From: a virus
DNA length: 64,000 nucleotides
IMG/VR virus record: IMGVR_UViG_3300017589_000061
Span: 73,367 to 137,366 of that record
Strand: one strand, 5' to 3'
The notes under the pieces are model-generated. The model searched no databases, was not told the DNA's origin, and saw nothing but the letters and a program-made list of their open reading frames with translations. The position numbers and the translations under genes were made by a program. Of the stretch, positions 46,173-53,601 are shown piece after piece; position 1 is the stretch's first letter; the number at the start of each line of letters is the position of its first letter.

Positions 46173-48032
46173 CTATTTTTCACACCCTTCAATGAATTTT
46201 TTATAATCTTCATTTTTGAGTATTAAAAAAGGATAGCCATTTGAACCTATCCCAAAGTATTCTTTCAATTGTTTATTTGCTCTAACACGAATTAAATCAT
46301 TGCCTTCTAATATTTCTTGTATGCTACGTTTTAATTGAGTTTTTACTGTATCCTCTTTTACATTTTGTTCTTTAGAATACATTTTAATTACATCTTTTTC
46401 AGTAGTATAGCCTTGATTACTTATAAAAAATATAATATACTTAACTATTTCTTCTGTACGTAATTCTGAAATCTTACTTACTCCGTTAGCATTAGCTTGT
46501 ATATATTGTGGATAAACTTTATTTGCTTTTTCTTCGCCAAAAGTTCTTAATATGTATTCACGACTTATCCCTTTTAGTGTAATATTCTTGTCTTTTAATT
46601 CTTGAGCAAGTTCTTCACTATCTTCTAATTGTAATATTCCATACTCACTAAAAGAATAAAAATTTGTTAATTTTTTAAAGTTATATTTTGCACTTATATG
46701 TTTAGCTTTCTTCAATTCATTTTCAGGAATATCTTCCAGTGAAACTTTTTCAATCATATTCAACAACGCAAATAATGTTAGTGATTGTGAAAGTGTATTT
46801 GGTTTATTTGGATTTATACCACACACATTCATTAAGGTTTTATAACTTGCATAGAACAAAGGCTTATCATTATGTGTAATGGATTCATTTATATAATTTG
46901 TAAAGTGTAATAATATACTTTTAATATGAGGTTTCCTTGTCCTGATTAAACTTGATAAATAGGGAAAATTCATTTTAAATTCATCACTATCTAAATAATT
47001 TGCACTATCAAGCATTAATTGTTTCTGTCTTATAGTCCATTCTGATTCTTTTAATTCTAAATTATAGATACATTTAATAAATTCTATTGATTCACTTCTT
47101 TTACATCTTGCTAACTCTTCGGTTATACTAATTATTGTTCTAGTTTTACCACAACCATGACAATAATAAAGTGGTGTGCCATCATCTGATATGAATATTC
47201 TTGCTGAAGGATTGTTGTCTTGGTGTTTAGGTAAAATACAATTAAAGTTTTCGCCAATGGTTAATCCAAGATATTCTGATATATCTATATTATTTATGAA
47301 GTCATACAAATCTTGTTGGCAACTAAACACTAAGGGGGTTTTAGGGGTACTATATAAAGAAGGTTTATTTAGTTCTTTATTACGTACCCCTTTTCTCAAA
47401 TCTATTAGTTGAGCTAACACATTAACGTTCATATTCTTAATAGCTTCTATATTCATATTAGCATTTGTATTAATTTGATTATAAGTATTGGGTTTGTTTT
47501 TAATTTCTTTTTTATTATAATATTTAGCCACAACTTCACTTCCTTTAATAATACTGTTGCAGTTTTCATATATCAATTTTCTACCACCAAAGAATATTCT
47601 ACTTGCATCCATTGTTTGTTTGTCACAGTTATCAAAAGCAAGTATTAAACTCTTTTGCAGTTTATTTCTCTCATCTAGATTAGTTATAACTTCGTCATTA
47701 CAGAATACTAATCTAAATTTATGGCATATAGGCGTATGACTGAATGTTGTATAACCAAAACAAGGAATAATATTTAATTCCTTACATCTATTTAATTCAG
47801 TTTCTATGTCTGAATTATTGTCAAAATCTAATGCAAATAATTGTTGTGAAATAAAGTCATTACTCGTTCTACCATTTAAATATGCTGGTTTAAAAGTACA
47901 ACCTTGTGCCAAATTATTTGCTAAATCTTTAATTTTCATTTCAGTTTGTTGTAATCTATTTTGTAACTTTTTAACTTCATTTGTATCTGGTTTGCTAATA
48001 TATTTTGTATTGTCAAACATTATTTTAATCAT
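46173..48032 (-). CDS. Primase-like replication protein (AEP-like N-terminus plus CHC2 zinc finger)
   Basis: ALDFD, YTTFSH..KFRLV, D..RIFFG; CILPKHQDNNPSA...YYCHGC. Confidence 0.6.
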   Translation of the reverse strand: MIKIMFDNTKYISKPDTNEVKKLQNRLQQTEMKIKDLANNLAQGCTFKPAYLNGRTSNDFISQQLFALDFDNNSDIETELNRCKELNIIPCFGYTTFSHTPICHKFRLVFCNDEVITNLDERNKLQKSLILAFDNCDKQTMDASRIFFGGRKLIYENCNSIIKGSEVVAKYYNKKEIKNKPNTYNQINTNANMNIEAIKNMNVNVLAQLIDLRKGVRNKELNKPSLYSTPKTPLVFSCQQDLYDFINNIDISEYLGLTIGENFNCILPKHQDNNPSARIFISDDGTPLYYCHGCGKTRTIISITEELARCKRSESIEFIKCIYNLELKESEWTIRQKQLMLDSANYLDSDEFKMNFPYLSSLIRTRKPHIKSILLHFTNYINESITHNDKPLFYASYKTLMNVCGINPNKPNTLSQSLTLFALLNMIEKVSLEDIPENELKKAKHISAKYNFKKLTNFYSFSEYGILQLEDSEELAQELKDKNITLKGISREYILRTFGEEKANKVYPQYIQANANGVSKISELRTEEIVKYIIFFISNQGYTTEKDVIKMYSKEQNVKEDTVKTQLKRSIQEILEGNDLIRVRANKQLKEYFGIGSNGYPFLILKNEDYKKFIEGCEK

Positions 48033-48066
48033 TATTTGTTTACCTTCTCATATTTAGTATTTTAAT

Positions 48067-48240
48067 TTATTTTTCTACATACATTTTAAATATTTCTTCA
48101 AATTCAGGAGTATTGTCATATTTCCAAACTAATAATCTAGCATTGGTTAAATTTATATCTGTTTTCATTGGATAAATATTATGTTCTGCCAATAAGGTAT
48201 ATAATCTTTTACTATAAACCATTTGAAATTCTTTTCTCAT
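48067..48240 (-). CDS. Small hypothetical protein (57 aa, not in ORF track)
   Basis: MRKEFQMVYSKRLYTLL...; GGAG RBS. Confidence 0.55.
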   Translation of the reverse strand: MRKEFQMVYSKRLYTLLAEHNIYPMKTDINLTNARLLVWKYDNTPEFEEIFKMYVEK

Positions 48241-48313
48241 CTTTTAATCTCCATTCATATTTAGTATAATAAAAGAGCCATTCTAATTGAACAGCTCTCC
48301 TTTTAATTTAATT

Positions 48314-49342
48314 TTATAAATTTTTTATATCTTTCTTTTCAATTTCTTTAATTCCATTTTCATCAAAATATTCACCTAAAATATCATCAACCTGATTGTC
48401 ATCGTAAATGTCGATCATCGAAGTGCTATCCCATGACGAAATATCTTTTATAATATTTGCTGGGACGTTTGCACTGACAAGACCAGTAGTAAAATTATGT
48501 CTTAACGAATGCCAATAAAAATCAACATTTAAATACTTACCAAATGATTCAGCATAATAATTTAAACTTGCTTCAGTCATACATTGCCATTTATCATCTT
48601 TTTTAATAACAAGTAAATCGTCAATACTTACTCCCAATTTTTCTCTTTCAATCATCCATAAATCAAAGTAGGGTTTAAATTTATTCTTTAATGTGTACTT
48701 AAAAATTTGCTTCCCAGCCTTACTTCGCCCTTTTGATTTTATCTTTTCTGGTGTTTTGTAAAGCGAACCATATAAAATATTTTCTTCATCGAAAAATGAA
48801 GTTTTAAATCTTAACAATTCTGATTTTCTACTACCCGAACCCCAAGCAAGAGCTAATGCACAAGCTTGTTGATATTCTTTATTCTCAACTAAATAATCAA
48901 GTAATTTTTGAACATCTTCATCTTGTAATATTGTTTTTTCTCTAACTGGATTTTTAGCTGGAGCAGGAATTTTATTAATTATATTTCTAAAATTCGGGTA
49001 TAAATCGTCCATTATTGCTTCGATATAGTTACTCATACTGCTTAATGAAGCTCTTAATCTTCTTATCCTATTAGATGATAAATGCATAATATTTAACATA
49101 TAATTTTGAAATTTTATTAAATCACGTTTTGTAAAATCAACAAAATATTTGTTATTATTATTTTCTAAATTCCAAATATAAAATATTTTTATATCTGAAG
49201 TATAATTTTTAACAGTCAAATCACTTCTGTCTATTGAATTAAGATAATCACAAAATTCCTCAAGCAACTGCTTATTTTCTTCTAATACTAAATCATAATT
49301 ACCTTCGCTTACTACATTATTATATACCGTACCTCTAGCCAA
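48314..49342 (-). CDS. Tyrosine recombinase
   Basis: SAM-like N-domain, GSRKSEL (Arg), HSLRH, SW...DIY (Tyr). Confidence 0.88.
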   Translation of the reverse strand: MARGTVYNNVVSEGNYDLVLEENKQLLEEFCDYLNSIDRSDLTVKNYTSDIKIFYIWNLENNNNKYFVDFTKRDLIKFQNYMLNIMHLSSNRIRRLRASLSSMSNYIEAIMDDLYPNFRNIINKIPAPAKNPVREKTILQDEDVQKLLDYLVENKEYQQACALALAWGSGSRKSELLRFKTSFFDEENILYGSLYKTPEKIKSKGRSKAGKQIFKYTLKNKFKPYFDLWMIEREKLGVSIDDLLVIKKDDKWQCMTEASLNYYAESFGKYLNVDFYWHSLRHNFTTGLVSANVPANIIKDISSWDSTSMIDIYDDNQVDDILGEYFDENGIKEIEKKDIKNL

Positions 49343-49360
49343 AATCTCAACTTCTTTCTC

Positions 49361-49690
49361 TTATATTCCTATTTGCTTAAATGCTGTTCCTAATATTGCC
49401 ATAACTACAGCACCAATTATAATCCAAATTAGTTTGTCCCATTTCTTGGCATCTTTTCTATCTGATTTATTTTTAACTTCATCCATATCACATCTTAAAT
49501 CACCAATATCCTTTTTAATACCGCTAATTTCAGTATTTGTAGTTCCTATTTTTTCAACAAGAAGCTTGATATTAGTGTTCATCTCATACATCATCTTTTG
49601 AGTATCTTTTAAATCTTTAATATCATCTTTAATATTTTCTATTTCTACAGTGTGTTGAGCTACTGTCTCAACGATTTTTTCATTTTCCAA
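49361..49690 (-). CDS. XhlA-like lysis membrane protein
   Basis: Coiled coil plus one C-terminal TM helix, next to the holin. Confidence 0.55.
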   Translation of the reverse strand: MENEKIVETVAQHTVEIENIKDDIKDLKDTQKMMYEMNTNIKLLVEKIGTTNTEISGIKKDIGDLRCDMDEVKNKSDRKDAKKWDKLIWIIIGAVVMAILGTAFKQIGI

Positions 49691-49840
49691 TTTTACACCT
49701 CATAAAAGTTGAATTTTATCTGTTATTATCTTTTTTTTAACTTGATTTTTTCAAACTTTATGATATAATTAATAAAACTCATCAGAGTTTTTGGGAGCAG
49801 GATGTCTTGATAGGTAAACTGCTCCTTTTTTAATATCATT

Positions 49841-50191
49841 TTACTTACCTTCACCAATGTCTATATGTCCTTTAATTAAATCTACAAACTTAACTGATAC
49901 CTGTGTTGCATAAAATACGAACCCAGACAAAAGTATTAAATAACAAGCTGTCAACAAATTAACTTCTTCACCATTTACATTTACTGCTATAATATCAGGG
50001 TTAATAAATCCTGCATAATAAGTTGCGAAAAAACAAAATGCTATAATTATACCTTTAATTATTCCTTGAAAAAGTTTCTTTTTATCAAATGCTTGGTTAA
50101 ATAATGCCGAAAATGATCCTAAAACTATATTAACTACTATTAAAATTACTAATCCTTTTGCAAGGTTAAGTGTACTTAATTCAATAAACAT
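49841..50191 (-). CDS. Holin
   Basis: Three hydrophobic segments, immediately downstream of the endolysin. Confidence 0.7.
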   Translation of the reverse strand: MFIELSTLNLAKGLVILIVVNIVLGSFSALFNQAFDKKKLFQGIIKGIIIAFCFFATYYAGFINPDIIAVNVNGEEVNLLTACYLILLSGFVFYATQVSVKFVDLIKGHIDIGEGK

Positions 50192-50207
50192 TCTTTTAAT
50201 CTCCTTT

Positions 50208-51575
50208 TTAATTTAAATTAAATCTTATTATATTATGTATTCGTCTTGAATTTTCACCTTCAAATACATATTCACCATTGGCATCCATAAAAGTTGATCC
50301 ACCCGAATCTAATGATATAGCAAAATTATATGCCTCACCTGTACTATTATCTGAAATTATTTTTAACAATTCACCATGAGAAACATTCTTAACAGTTAAT
50401 AAATATACTTTATTTAGTCTTTTATTGTATCCTAATACAGTTTTATTTGTTTTTCTTAATACATCCGAATAATCAACCCATTTATTATCTTGTTTTCTAT
50501 ATCCACCTTTAAAACCTTCGGTTACGGGACTATACTTAAAATTATTATCTTGTGTATTTTTAAGACCAAGTCCTCCAATTACCAAACTAATTTTATTTAA
50601 ATCTAATTCATTTAAAAAGTTAATTCTCTTTAAATCAACTGTATTATCCTTATAAATTATAAAAACTGATTGTGGTGTTCCAAAATCATAATAATGATTG
50701 GCTACATCTTGATATGTTTTACCATCTACATATAAAATACTTGTTGCATAAGTAGTACCATCTGGATTTCGCCAATAATATGTTCCGTTGGTGCAGTTTG
50801 TAAATTCAGTAATATCCCATATTTTTTTATCTACAATAGCAACATCTAATAACTCTGGATTTCCTTTTAATTCAGTCATATTGCTATATTTTTTAAAATC
50901 AACTTTTGGTTTTTCGGCTATTGGTGCTACTATTACATCTTCAATAACTTCACCATTTATAGCTTTTGCCAAACTAATAATCATTGATTCTGCATATTGA
51001 TAATCAGTCAAATATTTCATACTAATATCTTCTAATTTTGCTTTTTCTCTTATTATTTGCTTTGCTTTATCAAATTCCATTTTTTTCATCTCCTTTTTTA
51101 TATTATCAATGAATACATCCCAATGTGGCAATATCAATCTAGGACAAATTTTACCACTCCAATGTTTATGTGGTACAACTTTATCAATAGTAATTCCAGT
51201 AGCCTTTAATAATTCGGCTACAAATTTAATTGCTAATTCTTCAGCACCGTCTACTTCAGCAATTTCTATAGCTATTGATTTTCTATTACCATCACCATTT
51301 AACCCATCGCCAGAATTCCAACTAGCTTCAATAATAGGTATTTCTTGATAAACTTCATTTGCCCCAACTGTAAAATGCCAAGAAACATATCCTGTAGCAG
51401 TATCTACATATTCACTATTTGCCTTAGCACTTGTATTTGTGTTGCCAGTGTTATGTATTGTAATATACTCAGGATTCATTTTATATTGTGATCTGCTGGT
51501 AGCATTGCTTATTGGAATTAAATCTTGAATTATGTTAATTGTATCAGAACTTACAATTCCATTTTTAATTAACAT
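50208..51575 (-). CDS. Endolysin: Amidase_2 domain plus C-terminal NAGPA-like domain
   Basis: ITIHNT, SWHFTV, SIAIEI, HKHWSGKICP; C-terminal KTVLGY...SLDSGGST. Confidence 0.85.
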   Translation of the reverse strand: MLIKNGIVSSDTINIIQDLIPISNATSRSQYKMNPEYITIHNTGNTNTSAKANSEYVDTATGYVSWHFTVGANEVYQEIPIIEASWNSGDGLNGDGNRKSIAIEIAEVDGAEELAIKFVAELLKATGITIDKVVPHKHWSGKICPRLILPHWDVFIDNIKKEMKKMEFDKAKQIIREKAKLEDISMKYLTDYQYAESMIISLAKAINGEVIEDVIVAPIAEKPKVDFKKYSNMTELKGNPELLDVAIVDKKIWDITEFTNCTNGTYYWRNPDGTTYATSILYVDGKTYQDVANHYYDFGTPQSVFIIYKDNTVDLKRINFLNELDLNKISLVIGGLGLKNTQDNNFKYSPVTEGFKGGYRKQDNKWVDYSDVLRKTNKTVLGYNKRLNKVYLLTVKNVSHGELLKIISDNSTGEAYNFAISLDSGGSTFMDANGEYVFEGENSRRIHNIIRFNLN

Positions 51576-51596
51576 CTTTTACACATCCTTTATATT

Positions 51597-51623
51597 AAAA
51601 AGAGTGTCAAGTTTATGACACTC
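51597..51623 (-). terminator. Intrinsic terminator after the integrase/76-aa unit
   Basis: GAGTGTCA/TGACACTC stem followed by a T-run on the - strand. Confidence 0.7.
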
Positions 51624-51636
51624 ACAAAATTAAATT

Positions 51637-51867
51637 TTATTTTTCAGGAACTTTTAACATTTCTTCAATTTCTACGTCCATTGTTTCGTAGTCTAAATTT
51701 TCACAACCAGTAAAATTGTATTTGTAAATTGTTTCAGTATTTCTATTTCTTACATGAGCTACTAATATATCAGTAGCAACTCCCATATCAACTTCTTTTT
51801 CTCTTGATATAGTTTTTCTTTCTTCTAAATATTTTTGTTCAAATTTTTCTCTTAATTCAATTATCAT
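51637..51867 (-). CDS. Hypothetical protein downstream of the Xer-like integrase
   Basis: 76-aa ORF with AGGAG RBS. Confidence 0.6.
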   Translation of the reverse strand: MIIELREKFEQKYLEERKTISREKEVDMGVATDILVAHVRNRNTETIYKYNFTGCENLDYETMDVEIEEMLKVPEK

Positions 51868-51905
51868 TTTTATCTCCTAATTTTTGATTTTTATATTAAA
51901 AAAGT

Positions 51906-51949
51906 GTTGAAATTCCAACACTATAATTCGGATAAAATGTGACTTTTAT
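51906..51949. repeat. Composite site (A + 12 bp + B on the - strand) containing the integrase stop codon
   Basis: GTTGAAATTCCAAC (51906-51919); GATAAAA-TGTGAC-TTTTAT (A = 51932-51949); stop codon 51946-51948. Confidence 0.9.
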
Positions 51950-52944
51950 GATATGTATTGTTCATAACTTGCTTTTACTTTATTCTGATTTATTTTTGCG
52001 TATATCATAGTTGAATTTATTGACGAATGCCCCATTAATTCTGCCAACACGGTAATATCTAATCCCTTATTACATGCTTGAGTCGCATAACTATGACGAA
52101 ATTTATGCGGTGATACCGAGGAAATTATATCTGTCTTTTTAGCAATACGTTTAAAAATTTTTTCCATTCCAGATTTACCTAAAGGTCTAAATGGCTTTCT
52201 TTCGCCAAGAAATAAACTCTCACTTGTTCCTTCACGTTCTTTTATGTATTCTTGTAAGTATAATTTACATTTAACAGAAAAATAAACTATTCTATTTTTA
52301 TCACCCTTACCATGAACCAATATACTATTATCATTCCAACTGATGTCTTTTAATTTAATTTTTAACATTTCACTTATTCTACAACCAGTTGATATTGCTA
52401 CTTCTATAATACTCTTTTCTCGTATATCTTTACATACATTTCTTAATTTTTCAACTTCTTCAATCTCTAATGGTTCTCTTAATTCTTTTACGTTAACTTT
52501 TAAATTCTTTAATCTAACAGACGGATCTTTTTGTATTATTTCTTCTTTGTAAAGTGTACCGAAGAAACTTCTCAAAACTGCCATTTTACCATTCAAAGTT
52601 ATTTTCTCATATTTTCTTTCAGATTGAATAATTACAAGATAACCTCTTAAATCGTTTATGTCAATTTGGTTAACTGGTTTATTTATGTATTTGCTAAATA
52701 GATTTAATTCTTCTCTATATCGCTCTATAGATTGTTCCGACAATCCTTCGACAGTTTTTAATCCTAAAAAGAAATGTATCTTTTCTGGTAAATCAGAAAT
52801 CATTAAATCTGTACTATTAGATAATAATGTATAACAGCTTAAATTTCTATCAAGAATTTCTTTAACCTCTAAGTTATTTATGCTATATTTATTTTGTAAT
52901 TCTGACAGTATTTTGATGACAACTAATTCTTTTTCATCTTCCAT
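51946..52944 (-). CDS. XerC/D-like tyrosine recombinase
   Basis: TGCRISE, VHGKGDKNR, SPHKFRHSYAT, LMGH, TMIYA: complete R-K-H-R-H-Y set. Confidence 0.93.
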   Translation of the reverse strand: MEDEKELVVIKILSELQNKYSINNLEVKEILDRNLSCYTLLSNSTDLMISDLPEKIHFFLGLKTVEGLSEQSIERYREELNLFSKYINKPVNQIDINDLRGYLVIIQSERKYEKITLNGKMAVLRSFFGTLYKEEIIQKDPSVRLKNLKVNVKELREPLEIEEVEKLRNVCKDIREKSIIEVAISTGCRISEMLKIKLKDISWNDNSILVHGKGDKNRIVYFSVKCKLYLQEYIKEREGTSESLFLGERKPFRPLGKSGMEKIFKRIAKKTDIISSVSPHKFRHSYATQACNKGLDITVLAELMGHSSINSTMIYAKINQNKVKASYEQYIS

Positions 52945-53011
52945 GTTGACTATTCTCCTTTTTAATTTAATTTATATTTATAGTATAAACTAAATTTTGA
53001 GAATAGTCAAC
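52945..53011 (-). promoter_or_regulatory. Integrase promoter bracketed by a 13-bp inverted repeat
   Basis: - strand TTGACT-17-TATACT (53010-52982); GTTGACTATTCTC (52945-52957) / GAGAATAGTCAAC (52999-53011). Confidence 0.75.
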
Positions 53012-53055
53012 CGTTTTTTAATTTAATCTATTCCATACAATTTTTCTTTTGTTTA

Positions 53056-53199
53056 CTAACTTAATATTTCAATAGTTCTTTCTGCAACTTTTATTTCAAC
53101 TTCTGCTCTTAATTTTTCAGGTACTTGTTCAATAGTTCTTTTTTCTGCCAATACTAAAATTATATACGCATCAATTAATTTTAATTCTATAATACTCAT
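53056..53199 (-). CDS. CD1375/XkdX-like small tail-associated protein (not in ORF track)
   Basis: Y..LV...KRTIEQVPEKLRAEV motif. Confidence 0.6.
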   Translation of the reverse strand: MSIIELKLIDAYIILVLAEKRTIEQVPEKLRAEVEIKVAERTIEILS

Positions 53200-53336
53200 A
53201 TCAAAACTTCCTCCAATAATGTTAATATTTTTATTTCTAATTCTGCGTTTTTAATTTCTTCACCCGTTGGTTTTAAACTTTCCAATAGTTGTTCTTCTAC
53301 GATTTCCGTTTTAGTTTTCCATTTAATTTGAGCCAT
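53196..53336 (-). CDS. Small hypothetical protein (46 aa, not in ORF track)
   Basis: MAQIKWKTKTEIVEE...; GGAG RBS; coupled to neighbouring genes. Confidence 0.5.
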   Translation of the reverse strand: MAQIKWKTKTEIVEEQLLESLKPTGEEIKNAELEIKILTLLEEVLI

Positions 53337-53601
53337 TTTCAAACAACTCCTTTTCCTCAAAACTGTAAAATCTCAATACCTCTATATTGATTGCATCACT
53401 TGTTTTTTCAGCGTTTAAAATAGGATTAATAGTCAATGCTTCTGCAATTATTTCTTCTGCTTTGCCCTCCGCCAATCCTGTAAAATCAAAGGTTTCTGTT
53501 TTATCATTAATTTTAACTGTCAAAATGTCATTATCCGTTATATATTCTGCCTTAAAATCTGCTCTTTGCGGGGTTTTGACTAACTTAATCATCATTTCCA
53601 C
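53323..53601 (-). CDS. Tail-fibre-associated hypothetical protein
   Basis: PQRAD motif; directly downstream of the fibre gene. Confidence 0.5.
   Translation of the reverse strand: MEMMIKLVKTPQRADFKAEYITDNDILTVKINDKTETFDFTGLAEGKAEEIIAEALTINPILNAEKTSDAINIEVLRFYSFEEKELFENGSN

Larger units (their letters stand above)
521..51949. repeat. Dispersed A-site family ATAAAA-N6-TTTTAT (about 38 copies)
   Basis: Perfect copies start at 785, 2722, 3613, 5907, 9268, 11511, 12389, 15019, 15960, 31307, 32054, 34724, 42769, 49702, 51932. Variant copies (1-3 mismatches) start at 521, 1597, 2241, 3146, 3796, 4505, 4881, 6932, 8408, 10257, 12686, 13910, 15438, 16356, 26563, 27860, 28336, 29747, 31651, 38640, 38946, 44608, 45693. 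Confidence 0.9.

Noticed and set aside
521-51949. A sites as ordinary intrinsic terminators or classical attC sites
   Set aside because: Stems are pure A/T with an invariant 6-nt centre and no separate U-tract; they lack the RYYYAAC/GTTRRRY boxes of attC, and I saw no IntI-type insertion in either recombinase
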